Below, in pieces: positions 18,511 through 24,492 of a DNA stretch of 64,000 bases (position 1 is its first letter; each line of letters opens with the position of its first letter). Position numbers and translations under genes: made by a program. The notes below the pieces were generated by a model. It was not told the DNA's origin and made no database searches. It was given only the letters and a program-made list of their open reading frames with translations. This stretch comes from a virus. Taxonomy: Duplodnaviria > Caudoviricetes. The DNA is taken from IMG/VR virus record IMGVR_UViG_3300010429_002123; one strand, given 5' to 3'.

Positions 18511-18656
18511 CGGGAGGTAGCTCAATTGGCAGAGCTCCAGACTTGTAAAAAGTTTCAGTTTTTATATCTCGTAACGTGTAGAAATACACGTTACTCTAAT
18601 CTTAAAAACTTACACTCATCTGGTTGTTATTGGTTCGAGTCCAATCCTCCCGACCA
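18511..18656 (+). ncRNA. tRNA-like RNA with the Y-like module inserted in the anticodon loop
   Basis: Acceptor CGGGAGG/CCTCCCG-ACCA, normal D and T arms. Stem CCAGA/TCTGG encloses a ~78-nt insert with ATCTC-GTAACGTGT-loop-ACACGTTAC-TCTAAT. Confidence 0.7.
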
Positions 18657-18663
18657 TATTTTT

Positions 18664-18699
18664 GGGGAACCGGAGGTTCAATTCCTCTCTTCCCCACCA
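18664..18699 (+). ncRNA. tRNA minihelix (acceptor stem plus T arm, encoded CCA)
   Basis: GGGGAA-CC-GGAGG-TTCAATT-CCTCT-C-TTCCCC-ACCA. Confidence 0.6.
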
Positions 18700-18700
18700 A

Positions 18701-18792
18701 TAGATAAATCCAGTCACCACCTCGGAGCTAACTTCTTTTTAGAGGTTTCTGAGGTAAGGCTTAGAAAGATTTCAGTTTAAAGAAAGTGAGTA
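18701..18792 (+). ncRNA. tracrRNA-like scaffold copy 1 (no CRISPR repeat follows)
   Basis: GATAAATCCAGTCAC...GAAAGTGAGT, homologous to copies at 19647, 20988 and 23052. Confidence 0.55.
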
Positions 18793-18820
18793 GTCACGGA
18801 AAAATATCTTATATAAATTT

Positions 18821-18893
18821 GCCCTTGTCGTCTAGTGGTCTAGGACATCGCCCTTTCACGGCGGAGACCGGGGTTCAAACCCCCGTGAGGGTA
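18821..18893 (+). tRNA. tRNA-Glu(TTC)
   Basis: Cloverleaf with TCGCC-CTTTCAC-GGCGG. Confidence 0.88.
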
Positions 18894-18898
18894 TTATT

Positions 18899-19045
18899 TA
18901 TAGGGTGCTACGACTGATATTATATACACACAATATTTAGGTTCGAATCCTAAACATCGAAGCAATTCGAAGTTTGCCTAATGGTAAGGCGAATGACTGA
19001 TAATCATTTTTTGTTTAGCTCTATAATATCGACTCGTACCCTATA
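18899..19045 (+). ncRNA. Y-RNA-like ncRNA 4 carrying a circularly permuted tRNA (anticodon GAT)
   Basis: Stems TATAGGGTGC/GTACCCTATA and GATATTATA/TATAATATC with TACGAC and GACTC motifs. Inner order is T-arm, capped acceptor hairpin, D-arm, anticodon arm. Confidence 0.75.
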
Positions 19046-19048
19046 TAT

Positions 19049-19130
19049 GGGTGAGTGGTGGAACTGGCAGACACGCTGGACTTAGAATCCAGTGAGGAAA
19101 CTCATGGGAGTTCGATTCTCTCCTTACCCA
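19049..19130 (+). tRNA. tRNA-Leu(TAG)
   Basis: CTGGA-CTTAGAA-TCCAG and long variable arm TGAG-GAAA-CTCA. Confidence 0.92.
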
Positions 19131-19140
19131 TTAAAAATAA

Positions 19141-19170
19141 GTGACAAATCCAGTCACTGCCTTGAAGCAA
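19141..19170 (+). repeat. Truncated 5' fragment of the tracrRNA-like scaffold
   Basis: GTGACAAATCCAGTCAC between tRNA-Leu and tRNA-Ser. Confidence 0.55.
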
Positions 19171-19256
19171 GGAAGGATGGCAGAGTGGTTTATTGCGGTA
19201 GACTTGAAACCTATTGGCCGAAAGGCACGGGGGTTCGAATCCCTCTCCTTCCTCCA
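19171..19256 (+). tRNA. tRNA-Ser(TGA)
   Basis: Loop CTTGAAA, long variable arm GCC-GAAA-GGC, encoded CCA. Confidence 0.9.
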
Positions 19257-19264
19257 GGTAGTAT

Positions 19265-19339
19265 GGGGCGTTGGTGTAGTCTGGTTAACACATCTGCCTG
19301 TCACGCAGAAGAGCAGGAGTTCAAATCTCCTACGCCTCG
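19265..19339 (+). tRNA. tRNA-Asp(GTC)
   Basis: TCTGC-CTGTCAC-GCAGA, G73. Confidence 0.92.
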
Positions 19340-19439
19340 TCATTGTATAAAAAAGGAGAGAATATTCAAGCAATCAATGAGTCTCTCAAATACTTTGTAT
19401 AGTTTTCCTGAAGGAATGAAAAATTATTGAGGGTAGTTT

Positions 19440-19640
19440 TTGAAAAAGGATAAAGGTTTAATGGAAGAAATAGAATTTACAGAGGATGTCTATGTGAGTG
19501 TATATATAAATGAAGGAGAAAAAAGTATTCCTCTTATGGCCGACCTCATAGTGAGGAAGGGGAGTCGCCTCAGCGTAAGAACCGAGAGCCTGAGAAAAAA
19601 CATCTCTACTATTATAAAAACAAGCATTGACAAAAGTTAA
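19440..19640 (+). CDS. Hypothetical protein
   Basis: 66-aa ORF with GAGG upstream. Confidence 0.4.
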   Translation: MKKDKGLMEEIEFTEDVYVSVYINEGEKSIPLMADLIVRKGSRLSVRTESLRKNISTIIKTSIDKS

Positions 19641-19646
19641 AAATAA

Positions 19647-19756
19647 GTGATAAATCCAGTCACAGCTCCGAAGTTAACTTCTTTTTAGAAGTTTTTGGGG
19701 TAGGGCTTACAAAACTTTCAGTTTATAGAAAGTGAGTCATTAAGCCAAACTAACGG
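19647..19756 (+). ncRNA. tracrRNA-like scaffold copy 2, fused to array A
   Basis: Covarying hairpins. Ends in CCAAACTAAC, complementary to the repeat 3' part GTTAGTTGG. Confidence 0.6.
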
Positions 19757-19918
19757 GTTTCTAAGGAACATGGTTAGTTGGAAAGTGAGTAATAATCTGT
19801 CCACTCTCCGTTGAAGAGTCGAGTTTCTGAAGAAACATGTTTAGTTGGAAAGTTTGGGATTTCTATTTCAAAATCTTTTCCGTTAATGGTTTTCTGGGAA
19901 ACATGGTTAGAGATAAAG
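19757..19918 (+). CRISPR. CRISPR mini-array A: 3 degenerate repeats (29-30 nt), 2 spacers (37 and 36 nt)
   Basis: Repeats at 19757-19785, 19823-19852 and 19889-19918, similar to GTTTCTAAGGAACATGGTTAGTTGGAAAG. Confidence 0.75.
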
Positions 19919-19958
19919 ATACAAAAGTAAATAAAGAAAAGAAAAGTTTAAAAGAGGC

Positions 19959-19987
19959 TTGACAAAAAGTCTAAAATTTAATAAAAT
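19959..19987 (+). promoter_or_regulatory. Sigma70/sigmaA promoter for the large Y-like RNA
   Basis: TTGACA-17 nt-TAAAAT, 8 nt upstream of the RNA terminal stem. Confidence 0.75.
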
Positions 19988-19994
19988 GAAAAAT

Positions 19995-20240
19995 AAGAAC
20001 TTGCTCTAATATTAATAGCATACAAACGCGACGCAAGTCGTTTTGATGGTTGAGCAAACCAACAATTTAAAGTGCCCTGAGAGTATGCCAGCAGTAAATC
20101 CCTGGTATACTCAAACACAGAGCAAAAACTTCATCTCGAAGAGAGAAGAGTTCTCAGGATACTCTGTAAGAGCCCGTTGCGACGGGAAGTAGCTGAAGTA
20201 AAAAGTAAAAACCTGTTGCTGTCATAACTTGTGAGTTCTT
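19995..20240 (+). ncRNA. Large Y-RNA-like ncRNA with a ~200-nt multi-hairpin cargo
   Basis: Terminal stem AAGAACTTGC/GTGAGTTCTT with TCTAAT and AACTT motifs. Internal hairpins include GAGTATGCCAG/CTGGTATACTC, ACAGAG/CTCTGT and CCCGT/ACGGG. Confidence 0.65.
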
Positions 20241-20256
20241 TCCCTTCGGGGTTATT

Positions 20257-20868
20257 TTGGTTGTTTTCATTCTTTTTGCAATGAGAGGAACCCTTTTAGT
20301 GTACGAGGCACACAGTTTCTTGTTCGACGAGGATGAGCAGGAGCAGGAAGTAGAAATACCATATGAGGAAAGTCTTGCCGTAAAAAACAAACTCGCTCTG
20401 AAAAAGTTGTTAACCCTCAGAAAAGAAAAGCGAAAGACTGTTATCAGAGAAGAAGTTGTGGAAATTCGTGTGTCCTTTTCGGAAACGAGACCCTTTAGAC
20501 CCACTGGAACACCCCCGGAAGAACAGAATCACCCCAAGTGTGACCCCCCGGAAAACTGTTGGAAAAAGCCCCGTAATAAAGCAGGGGATATGGCCTACCG
20601 TCTAAAGCAGGGAGAAGATACCAGAAAAAGATGGCAAAATCCTGATTTTCGAAACAAAATGAAAGAGATTTATAAGAACAGACCCCCCCTCTCGCAGGAA
20701 GTTATAGAAAAAAGAGGAGAGAGCCACAAGAAGTATAAAGGTTTTGTTTCAGAATGGGAAGACCTGCTGAAAACAGGCTGGACTAAGAAAGAGATAAGTA
20801 TAAAGTATGAAGTTCCTTACTCTACATTAAAACGCTATTTAAACACCTACAAGAAAAACCCACGCTAA
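20257..20868 (+). CDS. NUMOD3-like and C-terminal HTH DNA-binding protein (start uncertain, possibly ATG 20590)
   Basis: NPDFRNKMKE...LSQEVIEKRGESHK and TKKEISIKYEVPYSTLKRYL. Confidence 0.5.
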   Translation: MVVFILFAMRGTLLVYEAHSFLFDEDEQEQEVEIPYEESLAVKNKLALKKLLTLRKEKRKTVIREEVVEIRVSFSETRPFRPTGTPPEEQNHPKCDPPENCWKKPRNKAGDMAYRLKQGEDTRKRWQNPDFRNKMKEIYKNRPPLSQEVIEKRGESHKKYKGFVSEWEDLLKTGWTKKEISIKYEVPYSTLKRYLNTYKKNPR

Positions 20869-20930
20869 CGCCCTTTCTATCTCTCTTTTCACAGGCGAAA
20901 AAGAAAGTTAAATTATTTTTACAAAACCTC

Positions 20931-20960
20931 TTGACAATTTATACTACGATATGATACACT
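20931..20960 (+). promoter_or_regulatory. Promoter upstream of scaffold copy 3 and the TROVE gene
   Basis: TTGACA-18 nt-TACACT with extended TG. A similar TATGATAC..TGTATTA segment precedes scaffold copy 4. Confidence 0.6.
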
Positions 20961-20987
20961 GTATTAGCATCAACAAAGTTAAAATAA

Positions 20988-21107
20988 GCGATAAATCCAG
21001 TCGTAGTCCTGAAGCTAAGTCTTTTTTAAGACTTTTTAGGACAAGGCTTAGAAAGTTTCCAGCTCGAAAGAGCTTATCGAAAGTGAGTAATTAGGCCAGC
21101 CTAACGG
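20988..21107 (+). ncRNA. tracrRNA-like scaffold copy 3
   Basis: Compensatory variants GCGA/TCGT, GTCCTGAAG/TTTTAGGAC and CCTAAC/GTTAGG. Extra hairpin AGCTC-GAAA-GAGCT. Confidence 0.6.
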
Positions 21108-21137
21108 GTTTATACCCAAACATGGTTAGGAGGAAAG
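21108..21137 (+). CRISPR. Solitary CRISPR repeat (unit B) followed by a putative guide
   Basis: GTTTATACCCAAACATGGTTAGGAGGAAAG, 30 nt, homologous to the repeats of arrays A and C. Confidence 0.6.
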
Positions 21138-21242
21138 ATTGAAAAAGAGCGACAGAAAAAAGACTCTTCGTCTTCGAGGGCGAAAACTCAGAGAGTAAAA
21201 GACTTTGAATAAGACTACGAATAAGAAGGAGGCGTGTCTATT

Positions 21243-22736
21243 ATGGCAAATCAGAAAGAACAGGATTACAGACTTCAGATGTTAAATTCTTTCCTGATGA
21301 CTCCTCACGGAGCTCTGGATAGACTGAAGAATTTACATCAGGAAATGGCGAAAAATGACCCTATTTTTTACGCCCACCTGGCTTCATGGTATAATAAAAA
21401 CGGAGAAGTCAGAGACCATAAAGAGTTGTTTTCTGCCCATTTAATGACAGGTGATGTAGCGTTTAGAGACACAGGTTGTGCCTTGCTTGAGGTACTTCCT
21501 CCGTATCAGGTTGCAAAAATAATGGACTATTGCAAAAAGACTCTGAACAAGTTTCCGAAGATAGCACGAAAGACCGTAGAGAGCTACCTAAAGACCAGAG
21601 AAAAAGATTCAGCATGGTTCGATTCCTCAGTGGTAAGAGGAAAGAAGGCTATAAAGCACTTATACGCTTCTGTAAGGGTAAAACCTTCAGAGAGAGCTCA
21701 GAAGATACTTTTTGAGAACAATCCTCCTCAGGATAGCACTCTGTATTCCCTGAAGCTCCTTGCGAAGGAGACAGAACCCACAAAGCAGGCAAAGATTATC
21801 TTTGACCACAAGATACCCTACCCTATTGCTATAGGTGCAGTAAAGACTGTAAGTCCTTCTTTGCTGGTAGCTCTGGTGAATAACATGTCCAGCCAGGAAC
21901 TTATAAACAATATGTCTTCTCTTCAAAAAAGAGGAGCTTATGAGATAGAAGGGCTGAAGAAAATCATAGAAGAAAAGCTCGTAGACGCCCAGAAGGACAA
22001 GAGGGTCTCTACTTTAAAGGCGAGAGTAGCCGTAAAACAGGCGAACTTGTCTGCTGACTTGACCGAAAATCTTGAAAAAGTAGCTACAGTCAAGGCACAA
22101 AGTAAGGGAACTATTAATAAACCTCTGGCAATCTTTATTGATAAGTCCGGTAGTATGGATATAGCCATAAAAATAGGAAAAGAAGTTGCTACTCTGTGTT
22201 CCGGTATTTCAACTTCCGACTTATTTGTCTACGCTTTTGACACTATGGGTTTTCCTGTTACAGCCTCCGGGAAAAAAGACATGGCTGACTGGGAAAAGGC
22301 TTTTAGAGGTATTTGTGCCGGTGGTGGAACCAGCATAGGAATAGCTTTAGAGCTGATGAGAAGAAAGAAAGAGAGAGTAGAGCACATTATCATCATAACT
22401 GACGAATGTGAAAACTCTTCTCCCTATTTTCACGACGCTTATAAGGCTTATTGCGAGTGCTTGTATACTTACCCCACGGTGACTGTGGTAAAAGTAGGGA
22501 ACGCGACAGAAGGAGCTTGCTGGGGAGACACTTTACTGTCCTCTTCCCTGAAAGCACACGCTATTGACCATATGATTTTTCACTTTACTGGTGATTACTA
22601 CTCACTGCCTAACATTATACCGATGATAAACCAGTCAAGTAAATTAGATTTATTGCTTGAGATAATGGAAACTCCCTTACTGGCGAGGAAAAAGACAAAA
22701 AAAGCCTTAAAAGAGGCCGAAGAACTCGTAGCGTAG
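21243..22736 (+). CDS. TROVE/Ro60-like RNA-binding protein with C-terminal vWA domain
   Basis: Helical N-terminal region (DPIFYAHLASWY...RD), then MIDAS DKSGS, GGTS and IIITDE. ~500 aa, like Ro60/Rsr. Adjacent to tRNA-like RNAs. Confidence 0.7.
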   Translation: MANQKEQDYRLQMLNSFLMTPHGALDRLKNLHQEMAKNDPIFYAHLASWYNKNGEVRDHKELFSAHLMTGDVAFRDTGCALLEVLPPYQVAKIMDYCKKTLNKFPKIARKTVESYLKTREKDSAWFDSSVVRGKKAIKHLYASVRVKPSERAQKILFENNPPQDSTLYSLKLLAKETEPTKQAKIIFDHKIPYPIAIGAVKTVSPSLLVALVNNMSSQELINNMSSLQKRGAYEIEGLKKIIEEKLVDAQKDKRVSTLKARVAVKQANLSADLTENLEKVATVKAQSKGTINKPLAIFIDKSGSMDIAIKIGKEVATLCSGISTSDLFVYAFDTMGFPVTASGKKDMADWEKAFRGICAGGGTSIGIALELMRRKKERVEHIIIITDECENSSPYFHDAYKAYCECLYTYPTVTVVKVGNATEGACWGDTLLSSSLKAHAIDHMIFHFTGDYYSLPNIIPMINQSSKLDLLLEIMETPLLARKKTKKALKEAEELVA

Positions 22737-22749
22737 CGAGTAAGCCAAC

Positions 22750-22779
22750 AAAAGGGAGGAGTAAAATCCTCCCTTTTTT
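22750..22779 (+). terminator. Rho-independent terminator
   Basis: AAAGGGAGG/CCTCCCTTT hairpin and T tract after the TROVE gene. Confidence 0.75.
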
Positions 22780-23029
22780 GTGCAAGGAAAGGACTAACAT
22801 CATGTATGGAACGGTAACAGTTTATACAGGCACTGAAAGTGTCAAATACAGGGTCTCTAAAGAAGAGATAGAAAAACTGAAAAAAGAAGTGAATAATCTC
22901 GAAGTGACCCGGGTGACCTTTACTCACAGCCCTTCCCATAGAAGCACGGTTTGTGCGGGTAGGACTGTCTGTGTAAACTTATTAAATGTGCAGGTATTTG
23001 AAATTCTTGACTATGATACGATGTATTAA
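22778..23029 (+). CDS. Hypothetical protein
   Basis: ORF with likely ATG at 22802 after AAGGA. Confidence 0.5.
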   Translation: MCKERTNIMYGTVTVYTGTESVKYRVSKEEIEKLKKEVNNLEVTRVTFTHSPSHRSTVCAGRTVCVNLLNVQVFEILDYDTMY

Positions 23030-23051
23030 CATCGATGGAGATTTAAAATAT

Positions 23052-23161
23052 GTGATAAATCCAGTCACAGTCCCGAAGTTAAGTCTTAAAAAAGACTTTT
23101 TGGGGTAAGGCTTAGAAAACTTTCAGTTTATAGAAAGTGAGTCATTAAGCCAAACTAACGG
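23052..23161 (+). ncRNA. tracrRNA-like scaffold copy 4, fused to array C
   Basis: Close to copy 2. Hairpin AAGTCTT/AAGACTT replaces AACTTC/GAAGTT. Confidence 0.6.
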
Positions 23162-23389
23162 GTTTCTAAAGGAACATGGTTAGATGGGAAGCATAATATA
23201 GTCCTCTGAAAATCTATATTCAAAAGAGTTTCTAAAGGAACATGGTTAGATGGGAAGGATTAATTTCAGATGCTCTAGTTGCCTCTCTGTAGGGTTTCTA
23301 AAGGAACATGGTTAGATGGAAAGGTGGGGAGAAAAAAACAGAGTCGCAACTTTTGTGCGGTTTCCGAGGAAACATAGTTAGTTGGGAAG
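23162..23389 (+). CRISPR. CRISPR mini-array C: 4 repeats of 30 nt, 3 spacers of 36 nt
   Basis: GTTTCTAAAGGAACATGGTTAGATGGGAAG at 23162, 23228, 23294 (1 change) and 23360 (degenerate). Exact 66-nt period with unique spacers. Confidence 0.88.
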
Positions 23390-23424
23390 GAGAAGTTCTG
23401 TAAAAAGAAAGGGGAGGAAAGAGT

Positions 23425-23736
23425 ATGGAAGAAGAGTATGTTTTTGACCTGTGGAATAAGGAAAAGGGGCAGTTTGAGGTAAGAAAGAGATGGCCGAAAG
23501 GAAATCAAAAAACAGCTCTTTCCTTTTTCAACTTTATGGCTGGCAGAAGTTTTGACTGCCGGTTATGGTATGATGGGAGAGTTCTCCAGAGTTATTCTGT
23601 GGGTAAAGGGATAAAAATCTTCCCGGAGAAAAAGCCGGAGGTAGAGATAGGAAATGCCCACAGGGGGAGAAAGCTCGCCACAAGACCAGGTAAGCAGGTT
23701 TCTCTATTCTCAGCACCTATGAAAAAGAGGCACTAA
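23425..23736 (+). CDS. Hypothetical protein
   Basis: GGGGAGG RBS, 103 aa. Confidence 0.6.
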   Translation: MEEEYVFDLWNKEKGQFEVRKRWPKGNQKTALSFFNFMAGRSFDCRLWYDGRVLQSYSVGKGIKIFPEKKPEVEIGNAHRGRKLATRPGKQVSLFSAPMKKRH

Positions 23737-23738
23737 TT

Positions 23739-23960
23739 ATGGAAAAATATGGTCCTTCTATAAAGAGAGAAGACAATAAGCCGAAGTTCATAAACCCGAA
23801 GTGTAAAGATTGTGGCACACCACTTGTTCCGGTAGACACTCTTTACACTCCCGGGGTATCGGAAGACAAGATATGGTGGGACGAGTGGGCGTGTCCGAAG
23901 TGCCATGACACTCAAGGTATTTCTTTAGACTGGCCGGAACAGGCACTAAAAGATTTTTAG
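23739..23960 (+). CDS. Small zinc-ribbon protein
   Basis: CKDC and CPKC pairs. Confidence 0.6.
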   Translation: MEKYGPSIKREDNKPKFINPKCKDCGTPLVPVDTLYTPGVSEDKIWWDEWACPKCHDTQGISLDWPEQALKDF

Positions 23961-23983
23961 TTAGTTGGAAATGAGGTGAAAGA

Positions 23984-24460
23984 ATGGTAAAAAGTGAGGT
24001 ATGTCCTAACTGCGGGGGAAATGAGATAACCTTTGCTCTTCAATGTAACTATTGCGGAAGCAGGCTCGAAAGAAAAGCGGAAAATCTGGTTATAGCCTCC
24101 GTCGGGTATAGATGCACGAGATGCCATATAGATAACCTCCCCACCAGTGAGTTCTGTCATCAATGTGGGGAAAGAGTCCAGAAAAAATGTGGGCATTGTA
24201 AGGGTATTCATCATGTAACGTCTCTTTTTTGCCCTGTGTCCGGGTTTGCTCTCTTAGAAAAGGCGGTAAAGACTTTTACCGTTCCTTATGATGAGATTAA
24301 GACCCGAATTGACAGAGAGTCAGTTCTGATGTCAGCTATCTTTAAAGAAGTAGATACTAAATACGGGTTAGATAACTCTTCTTTAACTATCACAGAGGCA
24401 GACACGGCCAAACCGGGAATTTCTAACGAGATTCCACCGGCAGTAAAGTATAGAAAATAA
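23984..24460 (+). CDS. Multi zinc-ribbon protein
   Basis: CPNC, CNYC, CTRC, CHQC, CGHC and CPVSG motifs. Confidence 0.7.
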   Translation: MVKSEVCPNCGGNEITFALQCNYCGSRLERKAENLVIASVGYRCTRCHIDNLPTSEFCHQCGERVQKKCGHCKGIHHVTSLFCPVSGFALLEKAVKTFTVPYDEIKTRIDRESVLMSAIFKEVDTKYGLDNSSLTITEADTAKPGISNEIPPAVKYRK

Positions 24461-24492
24461 CACTCCGTGAGAATGAGGGTGAGGAAATACAA

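Noticed and set aside
18511-18656. tRNA-Thr(TGT) with an archaeal BHB or group I intron
   Set aside because: No clean bulge-helix-bulge forms, the insert is far too short for a group I intron, the acceptor is not Thr-like, and the insert carries the Y-like family motifs.
18496-19430. ORFs 18496..18780, 19092..19430, 19131..19373 and 19141..19350
   Set aside because: They overlap tRNA and ncRNA genes and have no convincing RBS or protein motifs.
19627-19656. Promoter at TTGACA 19627
   Set aside because: No good -10 at 16-18 nt spacing. The bases align with the conserved region upstream of the scaffold (GCATCAAC in copy 3).
23192-23227. Self-targeting of the portal promoter by spacer C1
   Set aside because: Only 9 nt (TAATATAGT) match near 25523, which is expected by chance in AT-rich DNA.
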